From Chiloscyllium plagiosum (taxonomy: Eukaryota), in the NCBI RefSeq assembly GCF_004010195.1, contig NC_057718.1, forward strand, positions 30,160,128 to 30,224,127: a stretch of 64,000 bases of DNA. The letters are read 5' to 3'. Each line of letters starts with the position of its first letter. The stretch's first letter is position 1. The position numbers and the translations under genes are program-made. Positions 25,901 through 36,219 of the stretch are shown here, one piece after another. The notes under the pieces were generated by a model. It worked only from the letters and a program-made list of their open reading frames with translations, ran no database searches and was not told where the DNA came from.

Positions 25901-27324
25901 AACCATTCAGGCTGCTTCCATTGTTCCAACTTCTTTTTAAAAAAATACCTAAAAGTCTCACACATTGTTTACTTTAGTGGTTCGGTAGACTGCTTGGTGC
26001 CTCTGTCTTACAACCTCTTTCTAAAAAAACGCAACAAAATAACATTTTAAAGTGACAGCATTGTCACATTCTTGGCATTTCATTGAATGCAGCCCCAAAA
26101 TCATAATGGTCTGTAATCTCTTTGAGCCTCATATGAACTATGCAATAGTCTCGCCTGGGCTCTCCCAGTCAAACTAAACTTGCAACACTGTAAAATTATT
26201 GAGGCTTTGGGGTGGTAGTAACTTTTGACTAACTCCAATCTCTGCAAATATTTTAGGATTTGAAGGACATTAAGATTTGCATCAGACTATGTCCCACATG
26301 CAGTTAACAAAATTATTTTGTTTCTCCTCCCCCTCTATTTAAATAACACAGAAAAACAATTTTAACCATTTTAAGTGATGTACCCAATCCTCTGAAGGCA
26401 GATTGAACAGCTGTTATCTTTTGAAAAGAGGTATTTAACTTTATCATCTTTGCAGATTGCACTTGTCTGACTTTTGTGAGTTGCTGGCTTTTACCTCATC
26501 ACCAATGGAAAACCTTCAAAGCTTGACTCTGCCAGTTAATTTATAATCACAATAATTTAATACAATAAATAACACTTATTTATAGAGTACAGCACATGGT
26601 CCTTACATGCCTAGATCCTCAATTTAGTTCAAGGGTAAGCCCCCCACACACCTCGTGCAGATACTACAGTCTAACCCTGATTGGTCTAGTGGGTCATATG
26701 AATCCTCCCTCAATCTTTTAAAGGAACCAACTACTATAGTTATAGAGAAGGAAACCATCACATCAGCTGTTTATTTACTAGAATCTGAAACTTCAAAGCG
26801 TCCTATATATTTGCATTCAGATGGCCATGTTCCTCAAAATCTAGATGTTTCTTTGAGGAGAGTGAGTCATTTTTGAAGAAGGTACACAATAAGAATAGTT
26901 GTTTACTTGTCACATAGAATCTGTCAAAATAGCAACTGCCCTCACAATTGGGTGAAAAAGTTCTTTCCAGAGTAGAAAGCCAGACTATTACTGCAAAGCA
27001 AGAAAGTAACTTTGTCCTAGTTCAATCACTAATGCAAGCAAGTGAAGCTTAAAAGATTTCCAGTAAAATGACCACAGAATCTGGTATATTCAGAATTATG
27101 GAATTAGAAAGAGATCTTGAATAATTGAAAGGAGAGGGTTCAAGGCCATGGCAGTGTCAGATAGAGTGAATATGCTACTTCTGCACAAATGAAAACAAAT
27201 TATATGTAACATCTTTTCGATTATTCACAGAGAACAGCAATGTGAGCTTGACACAATTACAAAAAAAAACTTCTATCCTCAGGAAAAGCCCATCAGGTAG
27301 AAGTATAACAACTCCTAGTCACTA

Positions 27325-27646
27325 GAATCAAAGAATACCTCTGGTGTGGAAACAGGCCATTTGGCCCAACAAGTCCACATCGACCCTCTGAAGAGTAACC
27401 CACCCAGACCCATGCCCCTACCCTATATTTACCCCTGACTAATGCGCCTAACCATTTAGCATAGCCAATTCATCTAACCTGCGCAACTTTGGCTTGTGGG
27501 AGGAAACCGAAGCACCAAGAAGAAACCCATGCAGACATAGGGAGAATATGCAAACTCCACACAGTTGGTCACCCAAGACTGGAATCGAACCTGGGTCTCT
27601 GATGCTGTGAGGCAGCAAGGCTTGCCACTGAGCCACCATGCTGCCC
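27325..27646 (-). mobile_element. V-SINE (HE1-like)
   Basis: Reverse complement shows a ggcagcatggtggctcagtgg head, a ggttcgattcc B box, the V-domain and a CR1-like tail. Confidence 0.85.
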
Positions 27647-27764
27647 CTAATAAAATTCTGTCCAGAAAAAATAGATCCTTAAGTCTAAGTCAAACATGTT
27701 ACTAATCAATGTGCAGAAATTATTTGACTATATATTTTGTAGTTGGAGGTTGTAAAGGAAATCA

Positions 27765-28141
27765 AGAGGAGGCGATGGCCTAGTGGTACTATCACGGCAC
27801 TATTGATCCAGAAACTCAGCTATTGTTCTGGGGACCTCAGTTTGAATCCTGTCATGGCAGATGGTGAAATTTGAATTCAGTAATAATCTAGAATTAAGAA
27901 TCTATTGATGACCGTGAAACGATTGCCTGAAAAACCCATCTGGATCACTGATGTCTTCAGGGAATAAAATCTGCCATCCTCACCTGTCTGACCTACAAGT
28001 GACTCCAGGCCCACAGCAATGTGGTTAACCCTCAACTGCCCTCTGAAATAGTCTAGCAAGCCAATCAGTTCAAAAACAATTAGGGACAGGCAATAAATGC
28101 TAGGCAGCCAGTGACCCACATCCCACGAATGAATAAAAAAA
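27765..28141 (+). mobile_element. tRNA-derived SINE (second family) with A-rich tail
   Basis: A box tggcctagtgg, B box gtttgaatcc, body ending cccacatcccacgaatgaataaaaaaa. Confidence 0.7.
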
Positions 28142-28794
28142 TCAGTAAGCCAGAGTACTGAGCTCTTATAAGTGAAGAATGTCTTGGCAAAGCTTAAAAT
28201 CGAATATCTGAACAAGCTTGCATGTTTAAGAATTCTACAAGAACTGTCACAGTTTAACTACTTCAGTGAGGCTATGTAATTGTAAGTCTAGCTATCAAAT
28301 AGCCCAAATAAGTTTTACTGGCTGAAAATAAGAAGCCTACAGAAGATTTGCAAAAACCTTGCATTCAGACAGCATTATAACCAACATTCCCTCTAAACTG
28401 CATGGTTGTGCATGCATGTAACTCCTTCAAGATTCCATGCACAGCGATTGTCATGCCAATTGTAGCATTGATTTCCAATACTGAAAGTTGCTGCCATTCA
28501 CGGACCTCAACAGCCTGTGCAGAAAAAAATATTAAAAGGAATGCAGGTTTTCACTCATGAGTCACAAGAGAGATATATTCATGAAAGAAAAAGCCTCTTT
28601 TTTGCAGAATATTCAGAATTCCATGATCACAGTGAACAATTAGCTGAAGAAAACATTCTGCTACCATTAATGAGTGCTGAATTAGTCTTTCAAAGGAAAC
28701 CTTCGAAAGTCACCAAAACATCTTCATTCCCTTATAAATGATGGAGATCACTTGCAGGAAGTGATTGTCCTTTCAAGTAGCTCTGCAAATCAAA

Positions 28795-29378
28795 GAGGAG
28801 AAAGTGAGGTCTGCAGATGCTGGAGATCAAAGTTGAAACTCCCGGCACCTTCCCTTGCAACCGCAGGAGGTGCAACACTTGCGCCCACACCTCCCCCCTC
28901 ACTTCTCTCCAAGGCCCCAAAGGAAACTTCCATATCCGCCACAGATTCACCTGCACCTCCACCCACATCATCTACTGCATCCGCGGCAGCCGGTGTGGCC
29001 TCCTCTATATTCGGGAGACAGCCCGCCTACTTCCGGAGCGATTCAGAGAGCACCCCTGGGCCACCCGGACGAACCAACCCAACCAACCTGTGGCACAGCA
29101 TTTCAACTCCCCCTCCCACTCCACCGAGGATATGCAGGTCATTGGACTCATCCACCGCCAAACCACAACAACCCGACGGTCGGAGGAGGAGCGTCTTATC
29201 TTCCGACTGGGAACCCTCCAACCACAGGGTCCTCCATGTCCCTCCTCCCTACCTTTTATCTTCTCCTGCTGAACACTCTCTGCTCATTCCTGAAGAAGGG
29301 CCTGTGCCCGAAACGTCGAATCTCCTGTTCCCTGGATGCTGCCTGACCTGCTGTGCTGTTCCAGCAATAAAGTTTCAA
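28795..29378 (+). mobile_element. Young truncated Penelope-like element: inverted terminal piece, GIY-YIG fragment and pLTR
   Basis: ORF 28817..29272 reads PCNRRRCNTC..FTCTSTHIIYCIRGSRCGLLYIRETA.LL.ERFREH..PVAQHFN..EERLIFRLGTLQPQG; TSD ctgcaaatcaaa at 28783-28794 and 29379-29390. Confidence 0.9.
29286..29321 (+). ncRNA. Minimal type I hammerhead ribozyme motif (PLE-associated)
   Basis: AUUC-CUGAAGA-A-GGGC cugu GCCC-GAAA-CG-UC-GAAU: 4-bp stem I, 4-bp stem II, palindromic ACGU helix III; predicted cut after C29317. Confidence 0.72.
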
Positions 29379-30087
29379 CTGCAAATCAAAGAACCATGCA
29401 AGGATTTTGTTACTGGATCTGTTTATTCAATTATCCATGTTGGCACATTCCCATTTTCTCATGAAGTCCTTGTTTGTACTTCAGCAGACTCACATCAAAA
29501 CAACTTTCAAGTGATAACAAAAATTCCTTTTTTTATAAATATTAAAAGTCTTAACCTTGTTATCTTCATCAGTTTTCAGAATGCTTTTCGCTCTTTTTTT
29601 AAAGCATTGAAATCATCCTTAGATCAGTGTCCAAAGCAGATAAAAAATTGAGGGGAAGAATTTTACTTCCGTGCCTTTCTTTACAAGAAGCTGTTCTACT
29701 TTGAATATTTTTATCCTTGATTGTGCTTCACTGACCCTATATTCAAGTCTTCATGTGAGTCACAGCACAAAGCAGCTATCATCAGAAGTTGCCATTCAAC
29801 TCCACCAATGTATTAACTCTCCAAGGAAATAATGGGAGAATATATTCATCCCATATGTTCTTGAATCCAGCAAAATTCTCTGCTCCTATTTTGTTTTGCA
29901 TTAGGTTAGAGCTCTACATTCCTGGTGGGAAATTCAAATCTGATTCTTAATGAAGCAAGTAAACCAATTACAGAAGATGACCAACATGGGCATCATCTCA
30001 CATGTAACAAAGCCATCAGAATAGTGTTCAGCAAGGCGAATGTACCAAAATCTAATGGTTCTATCAGAATGTATGTTGATCTTGCAG

Positions 30088-30290
30088 GAATGAGCTGCCA
30101 AAGGAAGTGGTGGAGGCTGGTACAATTGCAACATTAAAGAGACATTTGGATGGGTATATGAATAGGAAGGGTTTGCAGGGATATGGGCCGGGTGCTGGCA
30201 GGTAAGACTCGATTGGGTTGGGATAACTGGTCAGCATGGACGGGTTAGACCGAAGGGTCTGTTTCCATGCTGTACATCTCTATGACTCTA
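30088..30290 (+). mobile_element. CR1 3' end fragment (same family as 1-698)
   Basis: Closely matches 489-690 and ends ctctatgactcta. Confidence 0.88.
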
Positions 30291-30639
30291 CAAATGGTGG
30301 GCGCACCTGAAATATGATTGTTCCCTCATGGATCAAGATGGTCAAGGAATAGCAAACCTACACCATCTTTTTCATGGCAGTAGATACTGTATTCTGTGAT
30401 TTAACTTCACCAGCAAAGTCTGCAATTTGACAACTCTTGTGAAATGGCTAAGTATGTAGGTAGGAATGAGGATCAGGGATGTAGTTGGCTAAGGAGTTAG
30501 GGTGTCAGGTGTGACGTATATCAGATGCTTAGTATGCCTGGGCATCAGTTCATTAGAATGACAGGGAATTAGTTGCCTCATATTTAGGGTTATAGTGGGT
30601 AAGGTGCCTGATAATTATGGTGCTACAGTACTAGGTATA

Positions 30640-30936
30640 TTAGATTAGATTGGATTACTTACAGTGTGGAAACAGGCCCTTCGGCACAACAAGTCCACAC
30701 CGACCTGCTGAAGCGCACCCACCCAGACCCATTCCCCTACATTTACCCCTGCACCTAACACTACGGGCAACTTAGCATGGCCAATTCACCTAACCTGCAC
30801 ATTTTTGGACTGTGGGAGGAAACCAGAGCACCCGGGGGAGAATGTGCAAACTCCACACAGTCAGTCGCCTGAGGCGGGAATTAAACCCGGGTCTCTGGCG
30901 CTGTGAGGCAGCAATGCTAACCACTGTGCCACCGTG
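30640..30936 (-). mobile_element. V-SINE (HE1-like)
   Basis: Reverse complement shows a cacggtggcacagtggttagc head, the V-domain and a (ctaat)n tail. Confidence 0.88.
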
Positions 30937-31374
30937 TAGGGCTTCAAGTAATTAAGGTGCAAAGTAGGTATTACGCCAGGTGAATATAGTGCCAAGTGGA
31001 CAGTGTAGGGTTCCTTGGAAAAGAGAGGTTGTCAGGTTTGGCAATATGTGCAGCGCGTCCAGCAAGGGAGGAAACATCAGTATGGTCATTTGTGGAGTGT
31101 ATTGGGTACAATGGGGAGAAGGAAAGTTGCGTCTGATGGGGTGTTTCTGATGGGGAGAAGAGGAGACTGTAGGGAATGATAGATTTCAGATCCTAGGTTT
31201 CAGGCTAGTTGCAAGGGAGTGTTGACATCTGGTGAGATTTGGAATTATTTTGGAATGCGGTTGCTGATGGGATAGAAAGATGGTTGCCGGGGTCCATGGG
31301 TGTAAGTAGTCAGGGGAGCTGCAGTTGATGGGGGGGAGGGGAGGGGAGCGGCTGGCGTTAGGTAGTATCATTCC

Positions 31375-34290
31375 TATCCATTCCCCATAACTCATTTTAT
31401 TCCTCTATTGGTCAAGAATCTAGTCGTCTCAGCCTTCAATGTAGATAAGGACTCTGCCCCCACAGCTCTCTGTGAGAAATTCTCCTTATCTCAGTTTTAA
31501 ATTGCTGTCACTTTGTTCTATGACTGTGGCCTCTGGTTCTAGAGTCTCCCATGAATGGGCATGTTCTCCCAGTATTTACTCTGTCAATTTCCTTAATGTG
31601 TCCTATATGTTTCAATGAGACCACCACTCATTTATCTATCCTCCAGTCAGTAAAGTCCCAATATGTTTGACCTTTGCTTTTAAAACAATTCCTCTATATG
31701 AGGGAATATTCTCTGAATTGCCTCCAATGAAATGATATCTTTCCTTAAATAAGGAGACCAAAACTGTTCACAGTACTCCAGATGTGGTCTCTCCAGCATC
31801 TTGTACAGTTGCAGTAGGATTTCCCTATTCATACTCCAAACCCTTTGAAATAAGGGCCAACATTCTATTTTAGCCTTTCTGTGCACTAGCTTTTCATGTT
31901 TTATGCACAACCATGCCCAAGTCCCTTTGTGTTGCAGCTTTGTGCAGGTTTCCTCCATTTCAATAAGATTCTTGTTCTCCCTTCTAAAATGAACAATTTT
32001 GCATTTTCCCACATTGTACTCCAGTTGCCACCTTTTCCCCAGTTACATAAACTATCAATGTCTCTCTGTAAACTGTTGGAATCCCTCTCACAACCTGCCT
32101 CTCCATCTCTTTTTGTGTTGTTTGTAAATTGGCTACAGTACATTTGCTCCAAGTCATAAATATGTATTGTAAAAAGTTGTGGTCCAAGAACTGATCCCTG
32201 TGGAGTCCCATTGGTTATCACCTAGAAAAGAACTCTATCCCGTGTTGTATCCCTTCTCCCGTCCCAATCCCACCCATGAGCTAATTCTCCATCCATTTCA
32301 ATGTATTACCTCCAACACCATGAGCTCATACCTTATGACTTAATCTATTGTGAGGCACTTTGTCACATGCTTTCTGGAAGTCCAAATAAAACATGTCGAC
32401 TGGTTCCTTTTTATCCACTCTATTTGAGACTTCCTCAAAACATCTAATAAATTATTAGATTATTATTTCCCTTTCATGAAGCCTTGCTGATTCTGCTTGA
32501 TTAGACTATGAGTTTCCAAATGTTCTGCTATTACTTCCTTAACAATCGATTCCAATACTTTTCCAATGATAGATGTTAGGCTAATCAACTTTTAATTGCC
32601 TGTTTTCTGCCTCCTTCCCTTTTTGAATAAGGGTGACATATTAGCAGTTTTCCAGAGTCCAATGATTTTTGAAAAATTACAACCAATACATACACTATCT
32701 CAGTACTTAGATTTTTCATGATCCAAGGTTGCAAGCCATCAAGGCCAGGGGATTTAACTGCGTTTAACCCCATTAATTTGTCTAATACTGCTTCTTTAGT
32801 GATGGTGATGGTATTTATTTCCTTCCCATTTTCATTAGTATCAATTGAATGATCAAAATATGTTCAGCTGCAAAAAATGATTCTCGACATTTGTTTAACT
32901 CCTCTGCCTTTTCCCTGTTTCCCAAAAATGTCTTCCCAGGTCCTTTCTAAAGGACCTTTGCTCACTTTGACCTCTCTCTTCCTTTTTATATATTTAAAGC
33001 AGCTCTTATTGTCAGTTTTTATATTCCTTGCTAGTTTGCTTTCACGTTTTATTTTCTTTGTTTTTATAATCTCTTCAGTCCTCTTTTTCTAGATTCAGAA
33101 TTTATCTCAGTCTTTGGGGCAAACACTGACTAGCCTCCTTGTATATTTTTCTTTCAAATTAACAGTCTTCTTACCTTCCTTAGTTAGCCATGATTGGTTT
33201 ATATCCCTTCAAGAAGTTTTCTTCCTTACTGGGAAATATTTTTACTTAGAGTTATAAATTACCTCCTTAAATATCTGCCACTGCTTGCCTACTGTCGTTC
33301 TTGTTAATCTATCTGCCCAGTTTACTTGAGCTAAATCTATCCTCTTTGCATCATAATTCCTGCTACAGTAGCACCTCGACTTACGAACTTAATTCGTTCC
33401 GGGACTCGGTTCGCGAACTGAACAGTTCTGAATGACGAACTGAATGAGATCACGTGGAGCCCGAGAGCTTTTGCATTTAACAAGCGCATAGCAAAGCAGA
33501 ACAATGAAACCACGTGGTTGCACACGGGCTTTTTGCGTTCGTACCTTGAATTTCGTACGTACATTGAAGCAAAAATTTTACGTACAATCCTGTTCGTAAA
33601 CCGATTTGTTCATGAACGGGGTCCTTCGTATGTCGAGGCGCTACCGTATTTAAGTTAAACACAGTTGTTTTTGACCCAAGTTTCTCATTCTCCAACTGAA
33701 TATTAAATTCATGTTATAATAATTATTTCCTCGGGGATCTTTTACTTCGATGTTATTTATTAAACCTGTCTCATGGCCCATTACTAGATCCAAAACAGAC
33801 TGCTCCCTGATTGGCTCCATAACATAGTGCTCTTGGAAACTATCTCCTATGCATTCAATGGGTTAATTATTACAGCTACCCTTTCCAATTTAATTAACCC
33901 TATCAAGATGAAGATTAACATCACCCATATTATTGTTTTATTTCTTTTACATGCTCCCATTGATTGATTTATTGATTTTCAACAGAGTGGCTACACTTTA
34001 TGTGTCTGTACACTACTCCCACCAATGACTTCTTTCCCTTGCTGATTTTTTCACCTCCACCTAAATGAACTCTACATCATCTGAGCTCAGATCATTTTTC
34101 ACAATTGTACTCATTTCATTTCTTATTAACCATGCTAACTCACTAGTTTTTCCATCCCTCCTGTTTCTTTGAATAGTCAAATATTCCTGAATGTTAAGTT
34201 CCCAGTTTTGATTTCCTTGTAATCATGTTTCTGTAATGGCTATGAGATCATATTCATTTATCACAATTAATGCCGTCAGTTTAATAGTCA
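31375..34290 (-). mobile_element. Decayed CR1 LINE ORF2
   Basis: KSPGLDGLQPWIMK, GTPQGSVLGPQLF and RPHLEYCEQFWSPYLRKDI in broken frames. Confidence 0.85.
33366..33646. mobile_element. pogo/Tigger-like MITE nested in CR1
   Basis: TA|cagtagcacctcgacttacgaa ... ttcgtatgtcgaggcgctaccg|TA. Confidence 0.8.
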
Positions 34291-34520
34291 CCCAGGAGTT
34301 AGTTTAGATTTGTAATCTTCTAACTTTTTCTGGGTAACTTTTAGCTTAACTGAAGTGGAACCCACCAAATTCTCTGACTTGAATGGAATCAGACTCTTCG
34401 ATTTCCTAAGCAATTCCCGTAAAGTCTGCTACAACTGGAATTCCATATTATCTTGATTCACAATTCTACTCTGTGCTTCCATAATTGCTATCTGGCTATG
34501 AGAATGTCTTGACTAATGTG

Positions 34521-35738
34521 TTTTTTTTGTAAATATTTTTATTGAGAGAAAGATTTTGAATGTCTAATTTTGACTCATCAAAAATGGTAAAGGACTTCCT
34601 GGACACCTTAAAATAGACTGGCTGACTCAAATAATATGGACAATAGTGCTCACTTTGTTTTCTCTGTAGTTTGCCTGATTTACCTGGGTTTGGGGCCTTA
34701 TTTTAATATGTGGGAGTCTAATTTTTTTTTCGCTTTCTCTCTCTTCTCCCTTCTTCCTCCCCTCCCATTATCCTTTGTTTTCTATAGTCTCCTTGGCTGA
34801 AACATAATATCGCTAGATATCCTACGGAATACTGGATATTCAAGTCCCTCAGCCTCCTTTTTACCTCATCAAAGGCCTTCCTCTTGCAGATCATGGCTGC
34901 AGAAAAGTCTTGATAAAACATAATTCATGATCCTTTGTATGTCAGAGCCTGTGGATCCTTCCCCAGTGGTCTAGAAGCTTCCGGCACCATTTGTTTGTCT
35001 CTATAATGCTGGAGCTGCACTAGGACCAGATGGGGGCACTGGTCCGCCCCGCGCCTGTGCACTGCAACCCGATGGGCCCACTCGACCCACACCCAACATG
35101 CCCTGATTTCCAGCTTCAAAAACTGTGGAAGCCATTGATCCAAGAAGCTGACGAGCTGGCCTTCTTCCTTCCATTCCAGCAGCCCGATATTTTTCTGGTG
35201 GCCTCGATTTCCGAGGTTGTCGACCTGCTCGATGGAGGCTCATACCTGCCATTCTAGGGCATGGACCAGGCCCACTAAGGATTTTGCCATAGTTTCGGAA
35301 GCCGCGGTCCACTGCTCCACCTCCTCCATGCACTTCCTGAAACGCTGGATCTCCTGGTCATGCTTCTGCAGTATGACCGAGATCGGTTCCAGCCTGGTCC
35401 GGATCTCCTCCATCGCTGAATTGATCTTTTCTCAGAGCTTCATGAACTCTGGGACCAAACTCTGCTCACAGTTAAGTCTCCTGGGGAGGCTGGCGCTGTG
35501 GCCGCGGGCATGTGTTGCTGCAGGGGAGTGCCCTACTTGTTGAGATCTTTGTGGTCCTTTTCCCTTAGTCATTTTCCTTACTCACTTAAACAGACATAAA
35601 GCAATTCTGGGCATCAAAAACTACCGATTTCTACCACAATGGGTAAGAAAGGGAGGGTGAATACACCACTTTGTCTGGGTTCTGGTGCAGAGCTCAGCAG
35701 GGCCGACCTACTGGATCACCACTATCTTGGATCTCCCC
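34521..35738 (-). mobile_element. Rearranged L1 copy: 5' UTR and ORF1, inverted middle segment, 3' tail, no ORF2
   Basis: Minus-strand ORF1 remnants (WLPQFLKLE..WAHRV..FYQDFSAAMICKRKAFDEVKRRLR); 5' end similar to the L1 at 17298; polyA and AATAAA at 34521-34543; TSD tgactaatgtg at 34510-34520 and 35739-35749. Confidence 0.85.
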
Positions 35739-35759
35739 TGACTAATGTGTTTTAATGTT

Positions 35760-35987
35760 CAAAGTTTGTGAGAAGATTTGTAGCTCGGGTGCTTGTTGCT
35801 GTGGTTCTGTTCGCCGAGCTGGAAGTTTTTGTTGCAAACGTTTCGTCCCCTGTCTAGGTGACATCCTCAGTGCTTGGGAGCCTCCTGTGAAGCTTCATAG
35901 GAGGCTCCCAAGCACTGAGGATGTCACCTAGACAGGGGACGAAACGTTTGCAACAAAAACTTCCAGCTCGGCGAACAGAACCACAGC
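35760..35987. mobile_element. Palindromic Penelope-type pLTR insertion with two opposed hammerhead motifs
   Basis: 190-bp palindrome at 35798-35987 (one mismatch); 13-bp TSD gtgttttaatgtt at 35747-35759 and 35988-36000. Confidence 0.85.
35912..35951 (+). ncRNA. Minimal type I hammerhead ribozyme motif (mirror copy on the minus strand at 35834-35873)
   Basis: GCA-CUGAGGA-U-GUCACCU agac AGGGGAC-GAAA-CG-UU-UGC. Confidence 0.65.
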
Positions 35988-36219
35988 GTGTTTTAATGTT
36001 TTCAGTTGAAGGATAAATACAGGCCAGGACAATGGGAAGAACTTTCCAGTCCTTCAACACAATGGCATGAGCTCCTTTATATCTACCTGTAAGAATCATG
36101 CTCTAGTGTTTTATCCAAAAGATGATGTGTCTTTCTAAAAAGCACTGATTTTTAAAAAAATTAAGGTTCTGGAGGTCCCTTGAATCCACAACCTCTGGAA
36201 TTTTTATTATTTGTAGGAT

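Larger units (their letters stand above)
13448..26068 (-). mobile_element. Gmr1-like Gypsy LTR retrotransposon (SCAN-like gag, integrase upstream of RT), decayed
   Basis: TG..CA LTRs at 13448-14145 and 25418-26068; PPT complement ttccccccc at about 14148; degenerate tRNA-Pro PBS at about 25392-25413. Minus-strand order: gag (PKFDEKDVEAFF) 24400-24870, protease (LRDTG) about 24000, integrase (FYWPG..CQTCHTCQ, DQG, YH.E..E.WHQTLK) 23500-16850, RT/RH 16500-15200. Confidence 0.88.
9559..26762 (-). mobile_element. Old Ty3/Gypsy LTR retrotransposon (canonical gag-PR-RT-RH-INT order), split by nested insertions
   Basis: Homologous LTR-like blocks at about 9559-9805 and 26506-26762 (aataacacttattta..ccttac..cctgattgg..ggaccaactact). 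PBS-like tggtgatgagg on the minus strand at about 26494-26504 (tRNA-Ser type). Integrase remnants (LEELHSANPG..MKILARSYIWW, YHASSNRLA..AVQTF) at 10200-11000 and RNase H/RT at 11100-12500. The gag motif DFGAAFNEMPR|DDLVCGIN is interrupted at 13447/26069. Confidence 0.75.

Noticed and set aside
28752..29651. 299-aa Pro/Ser/Thr-rich ORF
   Set aside because: It is an alternative frame across a TSD-flanked Penelope insert running into AT-rich flank; the meaningful frame is the GIY-YIG one (28817..29272).
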